DNA of 63,855 nt, counting the filler, from Choristocarpus tenellus KU-1152 (Eukaryota > Protista > Phaeophyceae), in assembly GCA_964200185.2 (NCBI GenBank). It is 9 parts of 9 records of this genome, joined end to end, with 100 filler letters (N's around TTAATTAATTAA, not from the genome) between each part and the next. Parts side by side here need not be neighbours in the genome. Positions count along the whole stretch, not along the records: positions 24,743 to 36,672 come from CAXNAD020002063.1; 8 more parts are not named here. One strand, given 5' to 3'. Both the position numbers and the translations under genes were made by a program. Positions 25,965 through 36,772 of the stretch are shown here, in pieces. Each line of letters opens with the position of its first letter. The stretch's first letter is position 1. Under the pieces are notes generated by a model, which was not told the origin of the DNA, searched no databases, and saw only the letters and a program-made list of their open reading frames with translations.

Positions 25965-28900
25965 TGTAACATGGAGGTCCTACTGCCTCTCTTCAAACTG
26001 GAGAGAATACTCCGTATTCACCTCAACACTTAGGATTCTTTGTAGGTTCCTACGTCCGCGTGGATTTTCTTTTTTTTTCCACTTAGGTTTGTGGTCTTCA
26101 TTTGTCGTCTACGGGATTTCCTTCTTCTTGGCCTCGTCGTCTTCATGGGTGTGATGGCTTCAGTGACTCCGAGGGAATCATTGTCCTTCTATAACCGTAA
26201 AACAAGTGGCCTCTGGTCGCCACATCATTTGCCTATAGTCATAAAATGAGTGGTCTCTGACTGACATGGTCGAGACGTTGCCTAGGTAGTTATTTGTTCT
26301 GCATTCACCTACTCACATCCCTGTTCTCTTTTGGTTGCCACCAAGGAATCGATGATTCCGAGAGATTCCAGCCCAGTACCACACCTCAAGATAATTCTGG
26401 TCGTAGCCGTGCCCACGCTGCTGAACGTTGAGGCAGGCGCAGAGAACACGTTCGTTTTCGGTCTTCCACTCGTGGCAGATCTCGCTCCAGGTCAAGATCC
26501 TAGGACAGGTGCTCTTCGAAATAGACGGAGGACCAGAGAAGAACACAAAGGCTGCACCCGTTCACCTCAACGTCACCATCGGACCAGTGAGTAATATTCT
26601 TCACACAGGTCTGTATCACCCAGACCATTTCGAAGGAATAGACTGAGTACAGTGCGTCGGTCCAGAGAGATTGAGGCTCAGTTGCAAAGAGAAATTCATG
26701 AGTTGCATACACGAACTGAGTCGAATGATTCACAATCCGGTAGGCAGCAGCAAGACAGAACCTCTCGCAACCTCGACATGCAATATCATCAAGATTGTGT
26801 TAAAACCATGGAACGCATTCATAAGAAACTCGGAGACCCTGCCAAAGGTCCCGTCTTTCTTGAGTACCTGCAGATAACTCCGCCCCAACCATGTCAAACA
26901 ACCCCATTTTCTTCGCTCATGCTCTTACCAAGGCTTTAGGGAGGGTTCAAGAAGGATCGTGGGCCTTACCTAAAGACTATGCCCTCTATCGTAATACATC
27001 ACATCCACGTAGTGATGCCCTTACCCCTTTCCGCATCAAGCTTCTTGAGCAACTACTGTCTGACTCTCTTAGTACCCACAGTGATCTCCTAAGCGACTCA
27101 TCTACAGTGGAAGTCCCGAGCGTCACCGGACAACTCTTTCGGGTTCCTCGGGAAGACATGACGGCTACTTAGTGGGTTCGTATCCTGGTGAGAGAATGTA
27201 CTCTTTCTTACAGCCAATCGAAAAACATCGTAAAGAATGAAATGAGTTCTTTAAGGACAGAGAGAGGGGAATCGTGGAAAGCTGCAGCCAACTGTCTTGT
27301 TTTACACTATCGAGCGTACACCATAGATTCGTGGATGCCTCATGGTTGTGAGACAGCTTTCTTTTGGAGATATATAGCTGAAGACCAACTCATTGATCTA
27401 TGCGAACGAGCTCTTCCTATTCTTCTTCCCAATGTTCTAGATCAGGTTGGAGTGCAGTCGATGGCATTTTCATTTCGAAAGGAGATTCGGAGTCAAATTC
27501 GCCCACTGGCAATTTCCCAGAATAACCCTTTAGGAGATGAATGGTACAGCGGAGAATTAAAGCAGAACGGATCTTTGACGATCTAATCGTAGAATTGTTC
27601 AATCGTAGCAACCAGTACGCATTTGTCCCAACCAATCAAAATGCTACAAAATCTGCGTCATAAAAAGAAAAGACACCTACTGCTATAGGTAGCATGGCTG
27701 ATGCTCGTGCTATGTTTGCAATAATGTCCGACCCCTTGTCTGCCCCAGTTGAAGCCCCAATCAGCAGACAGGAACTAGGACTGCCCTAACATAGCAGAAC
27801 ATCCTTGCCACGAGAGGTGCCAAGCCAGAATCCACCACCACACCAAGAGGTGGTCAACAGTATGCTGGTGGCCCTTGCGCCGATGCTCCAACCAGTTTTG
27901 TCCCAAACCCCCCTGGCCACTATCTGTGCTGCGTTGACAAACCAACCTGCTTCTGCTGCTGGGAAACATGGGACCACGTTCATTTCTAAGGGCAATGCAT
28001 TCGCACCCGTTCGACCAGCAACACCCGCCACCCAATCTGTGCCCCGATCCACGTCTTCTTTAGCCACAGAAAGATCAAGCGATTCAGGTCGACACCATTC
28101 GGGTAAGGATTTACCTTCATCATCTGCTTCCCAATTTGAGGTTGTCGAGTGGTTCAAGGACATCGAGTTTGCTTCTGCCACGCTTTCGGTCGCGACTGCT
28201 TCAAGTCTATCGGCCGCAGGTGCAGATATACCCACAACGACTCCATAGTACTAAGGGTCACTTCGCATATCTTTCCCAAGACAAGCAGAGTACTACCCCA
28301 GCGAATCAAGCGTGCACGATGGTAGCCTTGACAGACTCCCATTTGCATTACCTTGCCGCGATGCAGGACTCTGAGTTTCCGCCACTATTTGCAAGCAGCC
28401 CGACCGATTCTGAAGCACCCAAGTTGCCCTGAAGGTGCGCCCTGGAGTCTTCAGCTCCAAGGAACTTAGCCAATGTAGCCATAGGAAGCATGACACCCAC
28501 ACCCATCTCAACAATACCCACTATGTCAACCGCCCAACGAACTAGTCAAGTATGACTATCTGCACTGCTGTGGCACCCTCGCAAAGTCCGCTCGAGAATG
28601 CCTGTACAGATACTCCTTGGCACAGGTGCAGGAGGTGGGAACTACATTTCGTCTGCTTTTTGGCGCAGTATTACTCTCTGGGGAGGTAGCACCGGCCTAC
28701 CACACCTTAACCATACAGGTAAAGGTACGTTGCACGCGGCAAGGCCGAAAGGATGCTGTATTCCACCAATGCAGGTACTAGGGTCCTGCATACTGCCAAT
28801 ATTGTTTCCCCCAGAAAATAGAGTCCGCAATGTGACATTTAGAGTAGTGGTGGGCTTAACTTATGGGATGGTTCTGGGAGCAGCATTCTGTAGGCAGCAC

Positions 28901-29405
28901 AAGAGCATACTGTCATTTAGAGAGAGGGAAGGCTTTCGACCAGCTCCAAACTCACCATGGATACGATACCTTTTGTTCGAGCTGTGACACCCAGATCTCG
29001 TGATAACAATGTACCCCTGTCAGCCCTAGGAGATTGGAAAGCATCAATGACACCCACAACCCGACCATCCAAGTACCACATACCGCCTCTTAATAACCTC
29101 AGATCAGCTGGTCGTAGAGAACCCCCCTCTGACGCACTTCCTAGATTCTCAAGATGCACTAGTACTCCAACTGGTGAACATACGCAACCAGAGAAGGAAC
29201 ATGCAAGTTTTTTTATGTAGACCCAGAAGCAGGCACCTCAGATGCAGATCCAGAGGTAGGTATTGCAACAATAGATCTTACCCAGGACAAGGATCCTCTG
29301 ACCTCATCACTGGAGAGTCCAGGTCTAGTACCCCTTCCGCTAGAGGTAGCATGGGAGGACGATGAGACTCTGCAATGGGAACTGCGTTTGTCAGAAGTAG
29401 AACAC
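25965..29405 (+). mobile_element. Degenerate Ty3/Gypsy LTR retrotransposon, 5' half (probable LTR, gag, protease), truncated before RT
   Basis: Begins TGTAACA; collinear homology with 37780-41479 (minus); protease motif VQILLGTGAGGG (D mutated to G); many stops and frameshifts. The LTR 3' end and PBS were not resolved. Confidence 0.85.
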
Positions 29406-29454
29406 TCTGGACTTTTTTTTTCCTCGAGTCGGCCTTGATCCATTCCATTTTTGA

Positions 29455-30539
29455 TTTTCACACTCTTTGCGGACAGTCGCCATTCCATCTGCAATAGCTT
29501 CTTCGTCGACGCTGCCCGCTTCACCGTGGAGTAGCACACTTTTGAGATTGTTGCGGATGACAAAATTTGTTACCCAGTGTTCGCTTGCGTTGAATTCGCT
29601 GAGTCGCTGGTGTTCTTCATCGGACTTCACACTGCTGAGGAGCTCATCTCTTGCCTTCCGTCCTAGCCTCTGGAGGGTAGCTCGATTGGATGGAAGCTTT
29701 GCATCCCGCACTTCTTCAAAAGGTGCATGAGCTTTTTCATTGGCCTTTCACAAGTGACATGGAGATGACAATGGGGCATGTAAGCGAGAGTTTGCGATAC
29801 TGTTCTTCACGGAACGCAGACTAGAAAAGAGCAATTCGCTCCATACATACATCGATTCAACATCACGACCAAAACCTTAAAGATCACAGTCGCAACGCTT
29901 AAAAACCGCACGATACAAGGGTACTGCAGACTTCAGAGTCTGGCGACTTTGAGCCTCTTGTTCTTGAGGTGGTCAAGCACTTCTGACTTCATGTTCAATG
30001 TCAAGTTGGACCGCTTTGTTCCATGGCCCCTCCTGGAAGGGGCACTAGATTTCTGCCTGCGGCTGCCAGCTGCAGTACTAGACGAGCTACCACTAGTGAG
30101 ACTTGCTGCAGTGCCAAGCACTGTCCCTCACACAAGCGTTTGCAGTCATCGTCGAGTTCGGGATCCTTTACACTACATATACCATTGAGGTACCCACCGC
30201 ACTTACGGCACTTGTGGATCATGTAGAAAGGCGGACCCGGTGTGTTTGAAGGCGTCTTGCAGAGGTTTTCCGCGGCATGGCTCCACTTTATTCCCCCACC
30301 AGCAACGTACTGTACTGCTCTATGGTAGCATGACCCAAGAAGAAAGGCACTTCTCGCGAGAAATTTATACGCGCGCGACAAACTCGCGAGAATATCTCTG
30401 GAAGTTTGTGCCAAATCGCCCGAATACGAGAATTCCGGTACAAGAGCCTATTTTTTGAGCATGTCGAAACAAACGGCACAAACATAAATATTTTTCGATT
30501 TGGTTCATAATATTTGGCCCAAAATAAGGTCACCTACTG
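29455..30539 (-). mobile_element. Truncated pogo/Tigger-like (Tc1-mariner superfamily) DNA transposon, DDE domain missing
   Basis: CENP-B-like KRSNLTLNMKSEVLDHL; Tc5-type HTH FNASEHWVTNFVIRNNLKSVLLHGEAGSVD; upstream Cys-rich HKCRKCGGYLNGIC; candidate terminus TA|CAGTAGGTGACC at 30541-30528. Confidence 0.85.
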
Positions 30540-30840
30540 TAACTTCAAAATAAAAGTGTTCACTCGTTTCGATGTGTTTTTGGAGGATCCGTTTTTTCCA
30601 TGTTCTCGTGTACTTTTCTTTCTGTTGTCTTCGTCCGCGTTTTCTGCGAGGTATACTCTCTCTCACAAAAAAGCAATGAAATATAGTATATTTTATGGGT
30701 CTCTCTTGGAACGCGGAATAACAGTATTAGGTTATTGAGGCAATTGAGGCACACTATTCAACTCCATTGTGTCCTTTTGGACACTGGGCATCAAGCCTTG
30801 AACAGGTTTATAGGACATTGCCGTAAATTAGACAAGAATC

Positions 30841-33800
30841 ATGCCTCTCATAATGAGGCCAATACCCCACGCCCTTAATCTGGGGGCGCCTGAGATATAT
30901 GGTCAAACTCAAGGTGGTGACAGCACGAAGGTATGAACTTCTTTGTGACACACAACATGTAATCCATACCACGCATTTTTGTGACCACCGCCATCCATAT
31001 ATGGTCAGGTACTTGAGGATGTGAACATGGCAAGCATGGTGGGAACTCTTGCTCAGCTGGGTGCTCTTGCTACGGTGAGAGGTGTAGTTAGTTTTGTCCG
31101 CAACCCCCAAACAATTCTTTTGCCTTCCATTGTCGGGCTCATGTGTCCACGGAGTACGTAGAGCTCTCAACCATTGTTCTAGTAGAAGAGAAATTTTGCA
31201 TAACTTTCTTGTCTCACTTAGCTGCACTATCATGCGCAGTAGTGGCATATGATGTCAGATGCATTCCAACATACTATGGCTACTTCGTACAGAAACAGCT
31301 TCATCCGTGGATTGTCCACGCTCCTCTGCAACCGGGACATATACACATTTATAAAATATCAGTAGGACGCTACAAGTAAATACTTGAGGTCGATCGTAGA
31401 CCTTGTTTCACTCAATCCATTCAAATACGCTTAACACAATTTTTCCTTGTCAGTGCAATCTATGTTCAAATGTCGTAATTTTCCCTTTCTGAGCCCTTAA
31501 GAGGTTGATCCGTGTTAATCATTCCGATTGTGCACTTGGTGTTATCGAGGAATTGTGGAGAGATGACCCCTTGCTATGCTATTCGACCAGGTGACAGGGT
31601 GAGTATGTGATAGTTTTGGTGTCCAAACCTCCTTGCTTGCAATGTCAACTCCGACAATGTTGACTCCCTCGATTTTCTTTGAGGGATGACGAAGACAAAC
31701 TGACTCTTCCAGTGTTAATGATGATACACCTTTCCAGTACGCTCACGACATGTTCGATGGACTGTTAAAGACTGCTGACACGCTCGCAAAAAGGGTTTCG
31801 TCAGCTACAGTCCGGTGCTCTCATCTTGTAGAGGTGAGTTGGAGATATCAGATATATTTTATGCCTCACTGGGGCACGTTTCAATAACATTATGCCTCCG
31901 ATCTGTTTTCTGTGAAGAGCGGTTAAACGTTTAAAGTGTTGACGCTATGCTAACATAATTTTTTTCGTTTGGTTCTGCTACTCCTACTAGGAAAACTCAA
32001 GTGTGGCAGTTAAGTGGAATATCCCTCAAGATGTAACAGTCCATATGAAGGCCTAATGTGTCACACTAAGAGCTAGGACAAATTATTTTGTGAAATTGAA
32101 AATACTGTGTGTGTAATGTGAAGAAAAATGAGGTAACTTGTTCCTTTGTTGAATGGTTTCTAGTTTGAAGCATGTGAGATGAAATATATATGGCATGTGA
32201 CCATAATAATGCGGATAAGAACATTTTACAGATACTGTCGCAAATGAAGGTGCTGCATGTTTTTCATGCATGACTAACATGACACATTTTTTTTGCCATT
32301 TAGAGTGAAATGTCCTTTAATGGGCACCCCTCTTGCGTATGGCCACCTCATGACTGGATTTAAATGCCATAAATTGTAATGAAAGTGGGGAGATGTCCCA
32401 CAGTAAGGTGGGGTTGCATGTGTTAATGTGTTCTTAGTTTATCACCAGTTGCAATTTTCACCCCCCTATCAAGGCAAATCAGTGATACAATTGCCGTAGT
32501 GGCCTTTACCGATTACCATGCAATCTTGCAAGTGGAAAATTTATCCTCTAGCTTTTTGAGCTTGAACATGCATCTCAATATACCATTTGTGGAGCAATTA
32601 GATGCAGTAATCTTGCCAGGGTTGGCATGGGATGAGCAAAGGATCGCTTGTTGTAAATGCTTGTCGTAAATATTATCATTTGAAAATATGTATCAAACAC
32701 ATATATCAAGTGATTGTGTAAAGGAGAAAAAAAAAATGTATGTGTTGGCATTTGTTTGTGATAGTGTATCTGTACCTAGAAATAGGACGAGCCTTTTCTG
32801 GAAAATTACGTCTTGTGTGCTACTAGTGCATTGGCAACAGAGCACTTGGTTGAGTCTCTGCCCGGTTGCCAGTGGCCCTTGATGAAATCAAATGAAAAGT
32901 GTTCTATTGCAAACGTTGAAGGGTGTGTAAAGTCAATCACACTTCAGTGCAAAGGAATGAAGAAATACTGCTCTGAAGTATGGATGCTCTAAGTCAATCC
33001 TGTGTTGTTCAAGGTTATGAACAGGGACTTTTACTCTTTTGTTTGTGTGTTCATCTCTGTAATAGCGGTGCTGAGGAAATGGATGAGAAAATATTATGAC
33101 CTCCTCATGCAGGGGACTAACAAGAGCGATGTGTGCCCGGTGTAATCAATCACCTTATCCTGATGCATCTATCATGTGTTTTGCCTTCACCACACTGGAG
33201 GTGACAAGTGCAGTCAGTCCCTCGGTATGCGGCGGTGTCTCAAGTGTCTTTGATCAGTTGATATCATTTGGGCAAATCTTTTTTGGTACATACCATGGCT
33301 ACACTGATAGGTGCTTGTTGGCATGCAGGTCTAGTTTTGTGTGGGATTAGGGTATGTTCTCCGCAATGATGCCTTGATCTCCTTTTGCCCTTAGTCAAAG
33401 ACGATATGTTTGAACTTGGTGAGACAATTGTCTAATCCTTAGGGTTAGGGTTGGGGTGTATGTACCCCAGTATTTCCTGTTGCATCCAAAACCTTCCAAG
33501 ACGATACCCCTGGACCTGTTCGGGCCAACCTAACCCTAACCCTAAGTCTATCCTATCGAGGAAGAAGATCTAACAGGGATGATATCACCACGGTTAACAG
33601 GCCTTGCCGGATGCTGAACAGCGCACAAGCGAGGCTATTGGGAGTGGCGCTGGCATAGACGACCATGCAGCTGTTGAAGCAATCAAGGCAGAAAGGCAAC
33701 AAGCTAGCCAGGTTGGTTTAGCGAAAGGGTTCTCATGTGGTTGTGTTAAAACCTTACCGGTGCTGTATGGAGCACCTACAGTATGGATTGCTTGTGTGTG

Positions 33801-36518
33801 TGTGTGTGGTGATGGGGTGTGCACTCTTCTTCCATTGCTTTGGTTACAGAGGCGTCTGCAACAATGAATCCTTCTTGTCACCACAAGGAAATTTTATTTA
33901 TAATCTGTCCCTAAGAACTTGCCTGCTTTTTTTTTCTGGTGTATTTTCCTCTAACTGCAGGATGAGACGGAGGCTGCGCAAAAGCTGTTCTTGCCAGAGG
34001 CCATGCCAAGGTGCTTAGTGGAGAGATACCATAGCCCTGAGGTGTGTTGTGCTACTTGAGCGCTGTCGTGTGTCTTGTGGAGTCTTTTTGTGATTATGCA
34101 CATACAGTCTGGTTTGACATTGTGGTGCTCTGCTGATATGAAGGAATTTTTTTCTGAGAAAATTCTTGGTATTTGAGGTGTAATTTTGAGTAATTATGAC
34201 CCGAAGAACCTTCAAAGCATTCATTTATGTATGCCAAATATTACTAGGGCTTGTTGCCCTGTTCCAGTGAAGATCTATTTGAACAAGAAAATAGATTTGT
34301 GGCATGCTGAATTGGGTTAGTTGGGTAGTTCGCTCTGTAGTGCTCTGTAGCACTGATAGGCAGCAGTACAGCTGCTCTACAGCAGGGATGTGCTGTACAA
34401 GATTACATTTATGGGACAAGGGGAGGAAATTCTTGGTATGGTCAAATTGTCCAAGAAGTTGATACCTTGAATACCACAGTCTCCATACAAGTGGAGTATT
34501 AGAACCTACATGTTTTTGCTACTAATAATGACTAGCTGTTGCTGGAAGAGAAAAAAAAAACTCTTTCTGCCACTTTGTCCCATACAATATGGACCTACTC
34601 TTATCATTTGTTTGTAAGGGTGTGACTGAGTTTTCCAAGGTGCATTTGAATCTGGAGGTTCAACTGTCGACTTTGGCTTCATTTTTAGTACTATTACGAG
34701 GTAGTGTATATATATATATTATGCGTTGCAAGCAAGAGTGTGTGTGGTGTGATTCATGAAATGTTTCATAGGTCACATTGGATTGGAAAAATGTGCAGTG
34801 TCCACTTTCTAGAGGTGGTTGTAGTCCTGCGCTGCAACAACAACAACAACAAAAACAAAAACTTCAGTTTTGTTAATCTTAGATTCGATTGAATCGCTAC
34901 ATTTTAATCAATCCAAACCAAAAATATAGGGAAGGTTGATGTTCGATCGGGGGGGGGGAGGGGGGGGGGGTTCACATGCTTGTGCCTTGTGAAAATTGTC
35001 TATGTATGTTGGTGATACACATGCCTCCTTTTGTTTGCTGTGTGCATGTTTCACGTACAATGGATTCCATGGCCAGATGTTTACACCTGATTTTTAACTT
35101 CTAGTTTCGAAGTATTTAACTTTTTTTCACAGCACAAAATAACTTGCATCTAGAGAGGATTGTTCGCCATGTCCCTGAACGCACACGCCTTATTGATGCT
35201 CCCCATCATATCACAGCCGATCTAGAAGTCCCCCTTTCAAACCCTTAGTTGTGTCCTAGGCTTCCCACCTCATAGGGATAGGATTTTGCATGTGTTGTTT
35301 TCTCGAGGGGATTGTACTGATGGTCATGTCCTCTTGAGATAGGATTGTGTTTATTGTGTGATCTCTTTTTTACTTATGTCTCAGCATTGACAAGAGTCTT
35401 TTTACAGAGTTTAGTAGTTACTTGATTTGATGCAGACCATATTTTTGGCTTTTAACTACTCTTGGCTGGAGTAAAGGTAAAATGCGTGTTTAATATTAAG
35501 AACAGCATGTCTGGACACTGTCTGATTCAGAAGAACGAGGATCAGGTTGTGTGCTCAGGTTGTAGAATTTTGTTGTAGTTACAACTATTAGTACTATTAC
35601 TACCACTTTGTTGGTTCTGCTATTATTATTATTATTTCATGAGTTATTTATTTTTATTATTATTATTAATGGGTGAGTTATGCGACACAGATAAGAATGT
35701 ATTATTTCATGTGTTTTTTATTTATTTATTATTATTATTATTATTTCATGTGTTTTTTATTTATTTATTGTTATTATTATTATTTCATGTGTTTTTTATT
35801 TATTTATTTATTATTATTATTATTTCATGTGTTTCATGCATGTTACGCGTTTCTCTGATGTTGGTAGGGGAGTAGCAAATGGTGGAGTGTTTATATGAGT
35901 TAGAATGTGAGGACCAATCACAGAATGTGCTCTAATGCCCATGTTTTGATGACTGAATGTCTCACTCTCACAGGTGGCCCGTATACCAAAGTTACATCTG
36001 ATTGACAGTGTCATATCCGCTGAGGAGGCTAGGAATCTCAAGGCAGATGGCTTGGACAGCTGCTCCCTCCGGTAACGGCAGTTAACTCCATGTTGTGGTT
36101 TAGATATTGTGTAGATAGCTCTGTTGTCACACTGGTCAAAATCAAATTTTATCTGAACTTTTATCCGAACCAATAAACGAGGATCAGAACCAATTCTCCA
36201 GCCTTGAAGACTGTTGTATTTTCCCTTGTTGAATTTAGTCCTGTTACCCTGTGCTCTGCTCTAAACGAAGTGTCCCTTTGGACAGTACTCTTTGCATTCA
36301 TAAATGCCTGCTTCATTGGACGGTTCTTGCTCTTTGGACAGTTCTTGTACTCTTTTTTGTGCTCTTAGTGGAATGTACTTGTACAGTAATGTATCCGACT
36401 TTGTCTGCCTACAAGAGCAGACCCTCCTCCAATGTTGCCAGATTTTTTTTTTATTTTCAGGTATTCCAACCCACGTTTCTTCAATCAAGAGTGGTTCAGA
36501 CTCGAGATGGAGCGCCAG
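30841..36518 (+). CDS. SCAR: SCAR/WAVE family Arp2/3 activator, N-terminal WAVE homology domain, 3'-truncated by contig end. Exons 30841-30930, 31009-31074, 31738-31833, 33601-33711, 33961-34041, 35974-36071, 36461-36518
   Basis: Phase-consistent GT-AG splicing gives MPLIMRPIPHALNLGAPEIY..|VLEDVNMASMVGTLAQLGALAT|YAHDMFDGL..|ALPDAEQ..|..QKLFLPEAMPRCLVERYHSPE|VARIPKLHLID..CSL|RYSNPRFFNQEW, matching WHD hallmarks (MPL start, QLxxLxxYAxDxF, YSNPxFFxxxW). Confidence 0.9.
35622..35835. repeat. AT-rich ~39-bp minisatellite/(TAT)n in SCAR intron
   Basis: TATTATTTCATGTGTTTTTTATTTATTTATTATTATTAT repeated 4-5 times. Confidence 0.85.
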
Positions 36519-36772
36519 GTGAGCAAGATGTGTTTTGTCTCTCCGATAGAAATACATAACTTAACCTGTAGTGAGAGTTATTATTGAAAGTTATTATTGC
36601 ATACTCACGACATAGATATTACAATTGTAGATTCACCGCCATATGTTACTGAGATAGGTCAAAGTATCTGGGNNNNNNNNNNNNNNNNNNNNNNNNNNNN
36701 NNNNNNNNNNNNNNNNTTAATTAATTAANNNNNNNNNNNNNNNNNNNNNNNNNNNNNNNNNNNNNNNNNNNN

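Noticed and set aside
26260-26285. Primer-binding site TGGTCGAGACG after a putative LTR end
   Set aside because: It differs between the two copies and I cannot match it to a tRNA 3' end; no second LTR is available to fix the boundary.
31143-31379. Alternative SCAR exon (FLSHLAALSC)
   Set aside because: Exon 31009-31074 has canonical splice sites and a much better WHD match.
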